Virus record (IMG/VR): IMGVR_UViG_3300007961_000135
Location: 11,287 to 75,286 of that record
Direction: 5' to 3' (one strand)
Length of the DNA stretch: 64,000 bases
Source of the DNA: a virus
Taxonomy: Duplodnaviria; Caudoviricetes
The first letter of the stretch is position 1. The number at the start of each line of letters is the position of its first letter. Positions 1 to 9,242 of the stretch are shown piece by piece. Position numbers and translations under genes: made by a program. The notes beneath the pieces are model-generated. The model had not been told where the DNA came from. It saw only the letters and a program-made list of their open reading frames with translations, and ran no database searches.

Positions 1-2606
1 GTTCTTAGAGCTTTATTGAAACTTAGACGCGAAAAGTCAAGCATGTCCTTTGTTTTTACAACTGATGCAAATGTAGCTTGATTCTCATTGAAAGAAGGAA
101 TCTTTTCATCGAAAGATTTTTTGATAACATATGAAAGCGTACTCTCTGACTCACGATCTGAATCATTATACATCTTTCCGCCCGGTGTAATTATCTGAAT
201 TCCTTCATTTCCTTTGCGGTTAGACCAATCGTATCCGAGAAAATCTTTCTGCTCTTTATTATCTGCCGGTGCTGTGATAATGACAGTAGTCTGTTGATAA
301 ACCAACGAGAAATAGAACAGCTTCTCTTGCTCAATTGAACGGGCAAAAGCATAAAACTTTTCAAGGTATATCGCTTGCTGTTCTTCGGCGGTTTTGCTTT
401 TATATGCCTTTGTTTTCTGCAAATTCTTTGTGTCTGCCGAATCTGCAAAAGCAGCGACATACATTTTGAAATACTCTATTTCTTCCAATTCGGCGAGCAA
501 ATACTCCTTCTTGAGAAAAGCTTGGTATTCCTCTTCGCCAACCTCAATTTGCGCAAGATATGCTTCGAGAATCTCTTTGTCTTTCCAATCTGTCAATTCC
601 GAGCCGCTGAAAATGGCGTCAACGGAATCAGCCGACAAATCAATGCGTTTCGGCGGCTCGTTGAACTTTTCAAGGAACATAACAACCGTGTTTGTCCCGG
701 TTGCACCGAACGTTTTAGAACCAAACGCCGCAATGCCGCGAATATAGAAATTTTGCAAAAGCTGCTCGCGTGCTCCTGTATAACTGGCGCTGTCATTTGA
801 AAGAATGGAACTCGGCAGTATCACCGCCGCAATACCTTGCGGTTTAAGAAGCTGTCCGATTCTTTCTACAAATAGCGTTTCAATCTCGCCGCCGTTTAAT
901 CCGATACGGTCAAGGAGCGTGAAATTATTGTTTTTAAGTTGCAAATGTTGTTTGAAGTCTTTTACTGAATACGGCGGATTGGCAACCAAAATATCAAACG
1001 TACCGTTTTCAATGCCTTTATCCGGCGCATTTTCAAGTCCGTCGCCGAAGATGATATTTCCTTCGCCGGCGCCATTCATAAACAGAGATATTTTTGCAAC
1101 ACGGGCAAGACGGTAGTCTTTTTCAATACCGAAAATGTGATCTCTTGCCCATGCGTTGCTCTTGTTTTCATCAGACTTTATAAAATAGTTTATTGCTTCT
1201 ATTGCCTCTGTCAAGAAATGCCCCGCACCACAGGCGTAGTCGATAACCTTAGGATAGACCGTTCCTCTGTCGGATTTTACCATACGATCAACAGGCAGAC
1301 TATCCCAAATAAACCGAGTGATCGGCATCGGGGTAAAGAACTGTCCTTCGTTTTGCTTAAAGCCCTTGTTCAAAAGTTGCTCGAACAAATCTCCGAGAAA
1401 TTGATGCTTTGAGGGGTACACAATTCTGTATTTTTCAAACAACTGCACCATTTCAACGAGTATTTTGCCATTTTGATAGAATAATTCCTCGTTGTGAACG
1501 TCTTTGAAGGCGAAATCGTTGTTAGAGTAGAATTTCAGAATACGAATCGTGTTTTGCAGATCTTCAATCGCTTTTTTGCGCTTTGATCCCGTGTATGTAG
1601 AAAACAGCCATTCGGGATAATCGGCTGAAACGTAAAGGATTTCTTCGCGCATGAATTTCTCCATGCCGTCCCTATGAAGACGTTGTAATCTGTCCTGCAA
1701 CGTTTCGTATGTATCGGTTCCTTGCTTATATTGGAATTCTACTTCGTCATCCTCGCCTTTTGTGCTTTCATCAACAAGCTTGCAAATGAATAGTGCAATA
1801 AGGCGGTTAAATGCATTTTCTTTGTCGCTTACGTTGTTATGGCGAAGTATTTCCTCGAACTTATTGACGATTTTATCGTCAGGAGTAAAGTCGCGAAGGT
1901 TTTTCTTCAACAGAGGTTTAACACCGATTTTATAAGCAACCGAATCTGCCGAGAAAATCAGATCATCATGAATCTGATTTGCATATGTTTCTTTCCAGAC
2001 CTCGTATCTTCCGGGAGCGGTATGAGCGTCGCGATACAGTTTTATGGATTTGTCCTTTTTTGATAAAAGGATAATATTGGCGTCATCTGAACAATCTATT
2101 GTTGGAGACTTATACTCGATGCTTCCGTCCTTGTAATCAGAAGCATAGAGAACGAGCCATTTGCATGACTGTTCCTGCTGCCAGTAAGAGAACAACTGCG
2201 CTCCGTCGTTTTTTGTATCACTCAGCGCTTTATCAAACTCTCTACCCCAGGTTTTACACTCAACTATAAAGAGCATCGAGCCTTTTTCATCGGTTACGCA
2301 AATATCTGCACGGCCACTTTTTGCATCGTGTCCGAGATGCCATTCTTTTTCAAGTTCTATATGCTCGGGGCGATATCCTTTTTCAAGGAGACGGTTTACA
2401 CACTCAAACACGACGAAATTCTCTGGCGCGTCAAAACCATCGTTTCTATCCCGCCCCTTTATTTGTGTGGGATAATACAGTTTTTTGCCGGCAAAATCGA
2501 CACTTAAAAATACTCCAAATGTTGCAAACTGTTTTTCAAGCACATTTCCACTGCCGGAAAATCCGAGTTTTATAAGAAGTTCCTTGAAATTTGATTGCGT
2601 AATCAT
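1..2606 (-). CDS. Fused restriction-modification enzyme (type IIG-like: N-terminal PD-(D/E)xK nuclease plus N6-adenine MTase), truncated by window edge
   Basis: Read manually from ATG 2606 with AAGGAG RBS. N-terminal KGYRPEHIELEKEWHLGHDAKSGRADI...VECK nuclease motif, GQFFTP, motif I DYACGAGHF, motif IV ANPPY. Runs off position 1, so absent from the ORF track. Only the motif-bearing segments were translated. Confidence 0.8.
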   Translation of the reverse strand, partial: MITQSNFKELLIKLGFSGSGNVLEKQFATFGVFLSVDFAGKKLYYPTQIKGRDRNDGFDAPENFVVFECVNRLLEKGYRPEHIELEKEWHLGHDAKSGRADICVTDEKGSMLFIVECKTWGREFDKALSDTKNDGAQLFSYWQQEQSCKWLVLYASDYKDGSIEYKSPTIDCSDDANIILLSKKDKSIKLYRDAHTAPGRYEVWKETYANQIHDDLIFSADSVAYKIGVKPLLKKNLRDFTPDDKIVNKFEEILRHNNVSDKENAFNRLIALFICKLVDESTKGEDDEVEFQYKQGTDTYETLQDRLQRLHRDGMEKFMREEILYVSADYPEWLFSTYTGSKRKKAIEDLQNTIRILKFYSNNDFAFKDVHNEELFYQNGKILVEMVQLFEKYRIVYPSKHQFLGDLFEQLLNKGFKQNEGQFFTPMPITRFIWDSLPVDRMVKSDRGTVYPKVIDYACGAGHFLTEAIEAINYFIKSDENKSNAWARDHIFGIEKDYRLARVAKISLFMNGAGEGNIIFGDGLENAPDKGIENGTFDILVANPPYSVKDFKQHLQLKNNNFTLLDRIGLNGGEIETLFVERIGQLLKPQGIAAVILPSSILSNDSASYTGAREQLLQNFYIRGIAAFGSKTFGATGTNTVVMFLEKFNEPPKRIDLSADSVDAIFSGSELTDWKDKEILEAYLAQIEVGEEEYQAFLKKEYLLAELEEIEYFKMYVAAFADSADTKNLQKTKAYKSKTAEEQQAIYLEKFYAFARSIEQEKLFYFSLVYQQTTVIITAPADNKEQKDFLGYDWSNRKGNEGIQIITPGGKMYNDSDRESESTLSYVIKKSFDEKIPSFNENQATFASVVKTKDMLDFSRLSFNKALR

Positions 2607-2669
2607 ATGTCTGATCTCCTTTTATGATTCCTTTTTGATTCTATCAAATACCTTGTCCCATAAAACGGA

Positions 2670-3275
2670 CTATTGGCAGATTTCTTTTATCGTTTCGTAA
2701 ATCCACGACGTGACGTACTGCGTTTCAGAGAGAAGCGCTTTGCGTTCGTCATCGGTGGTCACGCTTCGCAATTTTTCAATAATTTTTGGCGTAACGCCGT
2801 CTTTGCCGCAGGTTTTCAATGCTTGTACGATGAGCGCAGATTTTGGGGACATATTCGAGAGTTCTTTTTTTGCCGTTCTCTTGAAATACAGCGTCGCGTT
2901 TCCATAGGAATATTCCCGATAAGCGCCGTCACTTACATAAGCCCACTGGGAAGGAATCTGTTCGGACAATCCCAGAAGATTCAGCGCCGTATCACCGCAG
3001 GGAACGATGGTCCAACCGTAATTACGCGCAAGAGCGTGGGCGACGTCATCCGGCGAGGGGGCGACGGTTCCGCCGAGCAGTTCGCTATGCTTCGGCTTAT
3101 AATAAACGCCGCGCATAACACGAGTAAGCGTGCCGTCGTTTTCAAGACGTGTAATCGCCTTGCGAACAGCTTCCGGATCGGCGAGATCGGAAAAGTCCGA
3201 GAGTATAAAAACGCTCCCGGTCTTGGCGGCTTCTATTCGGTTCCGGATCGAATCTGTGCAGCCTGATTGTCTCAT
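2670..3275 (-). CDS. DUF6088 / AbiEi-like type IV antitoxin (winged-helix N-terminus)
   Basis: GSVFILSDFSDLADPEAVRKAITRLENDGTLTRVMRGVYYKP pattern. Start reassigned to ATG 3275 (RBS AGAGGTG). Confidence 0.75.
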   Translation of the reverse strand: MRQSGCTDSIRNRIEAAKTGSVFILSDFSDLADPEAVRKAITRLENDGTLTRVMRGVYYKPKHSELLGGTVAPSPDDVAHALARNYGWTIVPCGDTALNLLGLSEQIPSQWAYVSDGAYREYSYGNATLYFKRTAKKELSNMSPKSALIVQALKTCGKDGVTPKIIEKLRSVTTDDERKALLSETQYVTSWIYETIKEICQ

Positions 3276-3524
3276 GTAGCACCTCTTTCTAATCGTCACT
3301 TTAATTATACCACATTTGTGACAAATAATCAAGTGCTTTTTATGAACTTGCCGAAGAAAATGTGAAATCCCGTTCGCACGTTCCGTGTGAAAAGTGGGGG
3401 GCAGTTATTACATATAATGAAATGAAGTTTCCGGAAGGTGGGCGCAATATTCTTATTTCGAAAAAAGTGGGTGCAATATTCAAATATGGAAACAGCGGAG
3501 CCAAAGCCCCGCTGTTCGTTGGTA

Positions 3525-3806
3525 TTATTCGTTTGCTATTAAGTCGATTGATACACTTTCCGTCATCATCCTGATGCCGAGTGAGAAACCATACCGAAAG
3601 GCAGATAGTTCGGCGAGGGAATGTAGTTCATTGACTGCGTCATCGTACTTAGCAAGCGATTCCTTTTGTTGCTCGGTAAGTGTGGCGCTCAACTTATCAC
3701 GATTCCTGCCCATTAAAGCGAGTAGGTTCTTGAAACGTCGGTCGTCATTCAGGACTGTTTCGTGCGGGTCAATGTTACCATACCACAGATCCTCCAGCAC
3801 TGTCAT
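3525..3806 (-). CDS. DUF6809-like small protein
   Basis: LEDLWYGNI...AFRYGFSLGIRMMTE pattern typical of Clostridial mobile elements; overlaps the tnpV stop. Confidence 0.6.
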   Translation of the reverse strand: MTVLEDLWYGNIDPHETVLNDDRRFKNLLALMGRNRDKLSATLTEQQKESLAKYDDAVNELHSLAELSAFRYGFSLGIRMMTESVSIDLIANE

Positions 3807-4117
3807 ACGAATATCACCTCGTTCAACACAATCTCATTGACCCTGTCGCGGATATTGTTCATGGCTCCGACCCACGCCATCTGATCACGGCGTTTCAGTT
3901 CCTCGGTGACACCTTCTTGCTTGGCAAATTGTTTTACCAGCTGAAAAACCATTTCATCCGCTTGCTCGTTGACCTCGCGCAGATAAGAGTTCAAGCAACC
4001 GTTCAGCCGCATCACGCCGATTACGCTCGGCTTGGTAGCTTTCAAATGCTGATAGTGCCTTTGTCCCCAAATTCCAACACATTTCAGATCGTCTTTCATT
4101 GCATAGCGCCTCCTCAT
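3803..4117 (-). CDS. tnpV: TnpV family transposon-encoded protein
   Basis: GIWGQRHYQHLK...EGVTEELKRRDQMAWVGAMNNIRDRVNEIV signature. Confidence 0.85.
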   Translation of the reverse strand: MRRRYAMKDDLKCVGIWGQRHYQHLKATKPSVIGVMRLNGCLNSYLREVNEQADEMVFQLVKQFAKQEGVTEELKRRDQMAWVGAMNNIRDRVNEIVLNEVIFV

Positions 4118-4299
4118 CGATAATCAATAAACCTTGTCATATCCACGACGTCGGCATACTCATTGAGGATGTTGTGAAACATTCGAGAAGAAATATGCCC
4201 GTCGTGATACAGTTGCTCGATCAGTTTCAGCGCTGCGAAGCACAGCTCCGGATCCTTTTTTGCTTCTTCAATGTTGAACGATTTAGACTTGTCTTTCAT
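4114..4299 (-). CDS. Small hypothetical protein (61 aa), first gene of the tnpV operon
   Basis: ATG 4299 with AGGAGGTG RBS; ATGA overlap with tnpV. Confidence 0.6.
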   Translation of the reverse strand: MKDKSKSFNIEEAKKDPELCFAALKLIEQLYHDGHISSRMFHNILNEYADVVDMTRFIDYR

Positions 4300-4373
4300 A
4301 TGCAAACACCTCCTTTGCGATCTCATTGTACCGCAGGGGAGGTATTTTGAAAAATGTGCGATGGACGCAAAAA

Positions 4374-4399
4374 CACCGCTTTGATTTCTCAAAGCGGTG
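4374..4399. terminator. Intrinsic terminator downstream of the integrase
   Basis: CACCGCTTTGA-TTTC-TCAAAGCGGTG 11-bp stem flanked by A/T tracts. Confidence 0.7.
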
Positions 4400-4414
4400 C
4401 TTTTGTAATCGGTA

Positions 4415-6037
4415 TCAGAGCAGAACTTTTACGGCAAAGCCGCCTTTGAAGAAGTAGGTGTTCGCCTGATACTGCTTTGGTGGCTCAAAGTTGAGCAAAG
4501 ACGAACTTTCGGGGTAATCGTTATTTTCAACCGCTTCCGGCGGAATATCTAAAGGTACTCTTACGGTGTTGTTCTTGCCGGTGAAAGAGAAAACAATCTT
4601 GAGGTCGTTGTCGTAAACGTGCGCAGAAATGAGGAAAGTATCGAATAGCCGGGCCTGGGTCTTCTTGTCGGACACGTCACCGTTTTTGAACATCGAGAGG
4701 CCCTGCACTATCTCCTCGCGGGACACCGTGACTATGTCGGCCCTGGCTGCGGCGATCTGCCCCTCTATCTTCCCCTTCTCCAATTCCAGCTCCTGAAGGC
4801 GCTCCTTAGTGCTCTCCAGGATGATACCCTGCTCTATGGCCTTAATCATATTCTTGATACTCTGCTTCGTGCCGGCGAGCTGTTCTTCCAGCACGCTTAA
4901 ATGGCTCTCCGCCTCTTTGCGCTCATTATAGGCGACAGTCTGATCGGCTATCCACTCTATCGTTTCGTCCTGCAGAGCATAGTCCATAATCGCTTTTGCG
5001 ACCTGATACTCAATGTCATCACGCCTGACGTTCTGCTTGTCGCAGGCCTTTTCAAATCGGCGCTTCTGGCAAGTATAGTAAAAATGCAGACTGCCATTCT
5101 TCCCCGTGCCGGATATGCCCGTCATGGGGGAGCCGCATTTTCCGCAGAACAGCTTGCCGGTGAGGAGGTAATCACCGTTTTCACGGTGCCGGCCTCTCGG
5201 ATTGCTTTTCGTCTTTATCGCCTCCTGTACTTTATAAAAGAGCTCGTCGCTTACTATCCTCGGTATGCCGTTCTCGATTCGGACATCCCCATAGATGTAA
5301 ATGCCCCGATACCGCTCGTTGCTGAGTATCTTATTGAAGCTTGACCGGCCCCACGGCTTTCCTCTTTGCGTTCTGAGGCCGCGGGCATTAAGGCTGTTGC
5401 ATATATCTATGAGGTGCTCGTCGTCGGCAACGCGCTTGAAGATCTCCCGGACGACCTCGGCTTTAGCTTCGTCAACGGCATAGTGGAGAGTTTTATCCGC
5501 GACATACCCATAAGGCAGCTGCCCGTTTGTCACCATGCAGTTGGCGGCGTTGTCATAAAGGCCTCTGATGATGTCCTCGGCCATGTTCTCTGAATAGAAC
5601 TGGTTGACGTTCATCATAGAGCGGGCGGCGAAGCGCCCGGCGGCGGTGTCGTCGAAGTCTTCCTCAACATATAGGATTCTGACGCCCATGTCCTGGAGCC
5701 GCGCCTCGTTGATAAGCGCCTCCATCATATTTCGGCCTATACGGTTGCTCTTCCAGGCGATTACGTAACGGAAGCCGCCTCTCTGGGCGTCTTTCATCAT
5801 CCGCTGGAAGCCAGTACGCTTATCCGTGCGCCCTGATACGGCGCGGTCAGAATAGGTCTCAATGACGTGTATGCCGAACTCGCCGGCCAGGCCGAGGCAT
5901 TTTTCAAGCTGCTGTTCTATGGATATGTCCTTTTGCGCGTGGCTGCTGTACCGGGCATATATAACGCCGGCCTCGTCGAGCTTTTGCCCCCGCTTCGGTT
6001 TGGCGGGCTGGGAGCCGGAGGCTTTCTTCTTGGGCAA
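4415..6037 (-). CDS. Large serine recombinase (prophage integrase)
   Basis: Catalytic YARYSS, resolvase and recombinase domains, zinc ribbon CGKCGSPM...YYTC, coiled coil; att site lies inside its 3' end. Confidence 0.95.
   Translation of the reverse strand: MPKKKASGSQPAKPKRGQKLDEAGVIYARYSSHAQKDISIEQQLEKCLGLAGEFGIHVIETYSDRAVSGRTDKRTGFQRMMKDAQRGGFRYVIAWKSNRIGRNMMEALINEARLQDMGVRILYVEEDFDDTAAGRFAARSMMNVNQFYSENMAEDIIRGLYDNAANCMVTNGQLPYGYVADKTLHYAVDEAKAEVVREIFKRVADDEHLIDICNSLNARGLRTQRGKPWGRSSFNKILSNERYRGIYIYGDVRIENGIPRIVSDELFYKVQEAIKTKSNPRGRHRENGDYLLTGKLFCGKCGSPMTGISGTGKNGSLHFYYTCQKRRFEKACDKQNVRRDDIEYQVAKAIMDYALQDETIEWIADQTVAYNERKEAESHLSVLEEQLAGTKQSIKNMIKAIEQGIILESTKERLQELELEKGKIEGQIAAARADIVTVSREEIVQGLSMFKNGDVSDKKTQARLFDTFLISAHVYDNDLKIVFSFTGKNNTVRVPLDIPPEAVENNDYPESSSLLNFEPPKQYQANTYFFKGGFAVKVLL
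4460..4506. other. attL (47-bp site, core CTTTGGTGG at 4475-4483)
   Basis: GTTCG-N10-CTTTGGTGG-N12-CAAAG-N-CGAAC; identical spacing and core to 62749-62795. Confidence 0.8.
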
Positions 6038-6073
6038 ATCACCACCCCCTTTCTTTATTACTTTATGAGTGGG

Positions 6074-6475
6074 TCATTTGCCGAGTGTCTTTGCAAGCTT
6101 ATTACGAGCGTCTTTTACCACCGACATAGTACCGGTGCCCCTGTCTTTGTCACCAATAGCCAGTTTAATTGACAGCAGATAAATTGAAACTCCGTTATCA
6201 TTGGAATAAGGTGTTCCATATAATGTGCCGGTCGGGCTGTCTGCCAGTTCTTTTTCAACCTGAGTGTCAATCAGAGTGGCGGACCAATCGAGCTTTTTCA
6301 GAGCGTCGGAAGCTGTGATTTTACCGTCTATATAATCGTCGGTGGTTTCCAGCGCGGCGCAGCCGAGCTCATACACATCATCGCTTAAATTATCCGGTTT
6401 TCCGCCGCCTCCGCAGCCGGAAAAAAGAGAAAGCAGAGCAACGGCTACAAGCAGAGAGGATATTATACGCTTCAT
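6074..6475 (-). CDS. Predicted lipoprotein of the lysogeny operon
   Basis: MKR + hydrophobic stretch + lipobox LFSG/C. Confidence 0.75.
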   Translation of the reverse strand: MKRIISSLLVAVALLSLFSGCGGGGKPDNLSDDVYELGCAALETTDDYIDGKITASDALKKLDWSATLIDTQVEKELADSPTGTLYGTPYSNDNGVSIYLLSIKLAIGDKDRGTGTMSVVKDARNKLAKTLGK

Positions 6476-6517
6476 ATCAATTCCTCCAGTTTTTAATCTT
6501 TGTTAATGGTTCAAAGT

Positions 6518-7228
6518 TTACCTATCGTCCGACGCCTTTCTAATCCATCTCAAAAGGCGCATTAAGTCATGATAACGACGCTCTCGCTCTTCAAATGATA
6601 AACGATCCTTCTGGTGTCGTTTCAAATAATCCACGTTTTTGCCTTGTTCGAAACGTGCCTGCTTTCTCTCTATAATGGCTCTTCGTCGTTCTGATAAATA
6701 AAAAGTATGTACAGAAGCAATAGCATAACAACCATAATAATCGTAGTGTAGAAGGTATCGTCCGAATCTTGCAACGTCGGACTGCAGACCTTTATCTGTT
6801 TTGTACCTCAAAATATAAGCTTTCGTGCGCTTTTCTCGGAAGTATTTTTCAAATAAGTCGAGGTATTCCGCCCAGCGATTAAGGCGGTCGAGAAATGACA
6901 GTTCTAAAAGGGTTAGATTGCATTCGATAAAGGCCGCTTCATCCTTTGGTATTTCGGCATAATAGAGCGACAAGACAACGCGGCACCGTTCAATAAATTC
7001 AAGGCCGAGTTCAAACTCGCGCGTTCTGTCAAACAGTTGAGGCACAAAATTTACATACGGGTGAGAGAATAGTAATCTAATAATTTCTGATGGTGAAGCG
7101 GTTGACAAAGGAAGATTTGCAAGAGGTAGAATTGCCGGCGCTTCATTATCTGAATCGGGAGCATAGTTCAATTCGCTTTTTCCTCCCGTATTTCGTGATA
7201 ATCTACCAATAGTAACAAATTTCGACAA
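6518..7228 (-). CDS. Hypothetical protein (AT-rich, lysogeny operon)
   Basis: 236-aa ORF between repressor and lipoprotein; TTG start uncertain; no family recognised. Confidence 0.6.
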   Translation of the reverse strand: MSKFVTIGRLSRNTGGKSELNYAPDSDNEAPAILPLANLPLSTASPSEIIRLLFSHPYVNFVPQLFDRTREFELGLEFIERCRVVLSLYYAEIPKDEAAFIECNLTLLELSFLDRLNRWAEYLDLFEKYFREKRTKAYILRYKTDKGLQSDVARFGRYLLHYDYYGCYAIASVHTFYLSERRRAIIERKQARFEQGKNVDYLKRHQKDRLSFEERERRYHDLMRLLRWIRKASDDR

Positions 7229-7300
7229 ATTTTGTTTTGTTCATGTTATAATCTGGGAGCGTAATAACAGCCACGGCGCCGAGGCGGAAAGGATTAAGCC

Positions 7301-7450
7301 ATGTCAGAAATTGACGACAAAATAATGAGGCTTTTTCAGCAGCTTGACGAAAAAGGCAAGTTGGAGTTTCTTACGGCTTTTGAGTCTGCTCTAAAAGAAC
7401 AATCATTGCCTGCTTCGTGTCCTCCGTCGCCTGAGAAAGAAGTTCATTAA
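7301..7450 (+). CDS. 49-aa ORF convergently overlapping the repressor 3' end
   Basis: GAAAGGA RBS, ATG 7301, MSEIDDKIMRLFQQLDEKGKLEFLTAFESALKEQSLPASCPPSPEKEVH. Confidence 0.45.
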   Translation: MSEIDDKIMRLFQQLDEKGKLEFLTAFESALKEQSLPASCPPSPEKEVH

Positions 7451-7691
7451 GCCGCTGATCCAGCGGATCAAGCCCATCCCCATTATTCGGGGGTGGGCTT
7501 TTTTCTTTTTCACGCCCTAAGAGATAATCAACAGATACATTAAAGTAATCCGCAAGGACACAAAGAGAGGCGGTGTCTGTTTCTCGTTTGCCGTTTTCGA
7601 TGTTTGTGTATGCTCCACGAGTAACGCCTATAAGCTCCGCAATATCGGCCTGTGTTTTTCCGGCAGCCTTTCTTAGTTCTTTTAATCGCAT
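7371..7691 (-). CDS. CI-like XRE repressor
   Basis: HTH_3 pattern RLKELRKAAGKTQADIAELIGVTRGAYTNIENG; divergent from cro. Confidence 0.9.
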   Translation of the reverse strand: MRLKELRKAAGKTQADIAELIGVTRGAYTNIENGKRETDTASLCVLADYFNVSVDYLLGREKEKSPPPNNGDGLDPLDQRLNELLSQATEDTKQAMIVLLEQTQKP

Positions 7692-7710
7692 ATAGTATCA
7701 CCTCCATAAA

Positions 7711-7831
7711 TATAATGCGTCATTTAGAAACAATCAAGATTATAGCATGATATGCGTCAAAAAGAAGCAAATATTTTAAAAACCTCTTGACAATGCGTCT
7801 ATTAGACGCTAATATGTTTCATAGAGACGCA
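7711..7831. promoter_or_regulatory. Lysis/lysogeny switch: four 17-bp operators and two divergent sigma-A promoters
   Basis: TGCGTC-N5-GACGCA-like sites at 7716, 7753, 7794 and 7815. Rightward TTGACA(7787)-17-TAATAT; leftward TTGATT(7737)-17-TATATT. Confidence 0.8.
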
Positions 7832-7848
7832 GAGCGGGAGGTGATAAT

Positions 7849-8052
7849 ATGAATTTGTCTGAAAAGCGCAAAGAAGCTGGGTTGAAGCAGGAGGAAGTCG
7901 CCGAAATTATCGGAGTATCGAGAGCCGCTTATTCAAATATTGAAATTGGCAGAAGACGCCCCAGCGTTAGCACGGCAAAAAGAATTGCCGCCTTGTTAGG
8001 CTTCGACTGGACAGAGTTTTACGACGACGAACAGACCGCAGACAGCGCGTGA
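7849..8052 (+). CDS. Cro-like XRE regulator
   Basis: 67-aa HTH_3 pattern with GGAGGTG RBS. Confidence 0.9.
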   Translation: MNLSEKRKEAGLKQEEVAEIIGVSRAAYSNIEIGRRRPSVSTAKRIAALLGFDWTEFYDDEQTADSA

Positions 8053-8255
8053 AAGGAGTGGAAGGTGTGAAAATCGAGGCTACACCAAAAGAAATTGCCG
8101 CCCTTGTAATGGCACTACAAGAACGGCAATCCACAAGTCAGGTTTTTGGGCCACAAACCGATATCATTCTACGGACCCCACAGAAAAACCTATCACAGAA
8201 GATAGAGGAACTACAAGCGCATTTGCGTGAATCTCTTTGCCCCCATAAGGGATAA
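8049..8255 (+). CDS. Hypothetical phage protein
   Basis: GTGA overlap with cro; IEATPKEIAALV pattern common in Firmicute phages. Confidence 0.5.
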   Translation: MKGVEGVKIEATPKEIAALVMALQERQSTSQVFGPQTDIILRTPQKNLSQKIEELQAHLRESLCPHKG

Positions 8256-8547
8256 TCACAGCTTCTTTGCAATACAAGAATTCTTCTTCATCGATTTCCG
8301 GTGGCAGTTCTTTTGGGAGATCCAGCGAGAGCGCAAAGTCAAGTAGAGAAAAACTCCACGAGTTCTCTTCTTGAACAAGAAGTTCCTCTTTCGTTGGAAG
8401 TCCGGCCGATGAACACACGATGATTCCAGCGGCAGTATAAAGCAATAGTTTTCGATCTGCCGTAATTGACTGATGAAGATTTGAAAGATCCATTTTCTGC
8501 ACAGCTTGCAGTCGCACAATCAGTTCCTCACGCGACATTCTAAACAT
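8164..8547 (-). CDS. Hypothetical protein encoded antisense within the early operon (moron-like)
   Basis: AGGAGGTG RBS; own promoter-like TTGCGT-18-TAAAAT upstream. Confidence 0.6.
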   Translation of the reverse strand: MFRMSREELIVRLQAVQKMDLSNLHQSITADRKLLLYTAAGIIVCSSAGLPTKEELLVQEENSWSFSLLDFALSLDLPKELPPEIDEEEFLYCKEAVIIPYGGKEIHANALVVPLSSVIGFSVGSVE

Positions 8548-8618
8548 TTTCTCACCTCCTTTCGCCGATATTTTACCACGGCGAGCGGGAGGGACGCAAT
8601 TGTAAAGGAAGTGACAAC

Positions 8619-8837
8619 ATGACCGAGGCAGCAGTTTACCAGCACCCGGACATAGGCAATATCGTCGAGGAAATCCATATAGACACGTCCCTCATTCCCC
8701 CTTGGACACGGGATAATCTTTGCCGTGACGTGCTGGGCCTGGTGCGTAAAATCCGTAAGGACCCCGAACTGAGCCGAAAGCTCGACGAGCGTATAGCGGC
8801 CGCCCGTGAAGCGGCCAAGACCGCAACTGAAAAATAG
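8619..8837 (+). CDS. Hypothetical phage protein
   Basis: RBS plus 72-aa ORF. Confidence 0.55.
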   Translation: MTEAAVYQHPDIGNIVEEIHIDTSLIPPWTRDNLCRDVLGLVRKIRKDPELSRKLDERIAAAREAAKTATEK

Positions 8838-8970
8838 AAATGCCCCGCCGGGTGCTGGAACACCCGATCGGGGCTGTGCACGACCTATCGAGAGTAGGCC
8901 GGACACGAGGATAGTGTATCACGCCTCCTGCCGGCTTGCAATATAAATCAGCAACCAGGAGGAATTTTTT

Positions 8971-9240
8971 ATGGAAGAAAAAACAATCAACCGCAACGAG
9001 GCTCTGGCCGCACTCGCAGAGCACTACCGCCGCCATTACGACAGGTGGGAGGTGCTCATGCTGGAGGCCAAGCGGTCTTTGAGCGGAGATGATGACCGGG
9101 AGGCGTTCAAGGCTATTATGCGTCTCGGACAGCGCAAATCCGCCTACATGGACGGCATCAAGGACGCCGCCGAGCTGGTGGGTATCTCGCCCGAAGAATT
9201 TATGGTCGCAGTAAACGCGGACAGAGACAAGGGCGATTAA
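8971..9240 (+). CDS. Hypothetical phage protein
   Basis: AGGAGG RBS plus 89-aa ORF. Confidence 0.6.
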   Translation: MEEKTINRNEALAALAEHYRRHYDRWEVLMLEAKRSLSGDDDREAFKAIMRLGQRKSAYMDGIKDAAELVGISPEEFMVAVNADRDKGD

Positions 9241-9242
9241 CC

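Noticed and set aside
191-2700. Short ORFs listed in the track over the left end
   Set aside because: They are shadows of the single long minus-strand RM gene that runs off the window.
4515-4531. CGTTATTTT half-match to the avd/HTH operator near attL
   Set aside because: It is only a half site inside coding sequence and is expected by chance.
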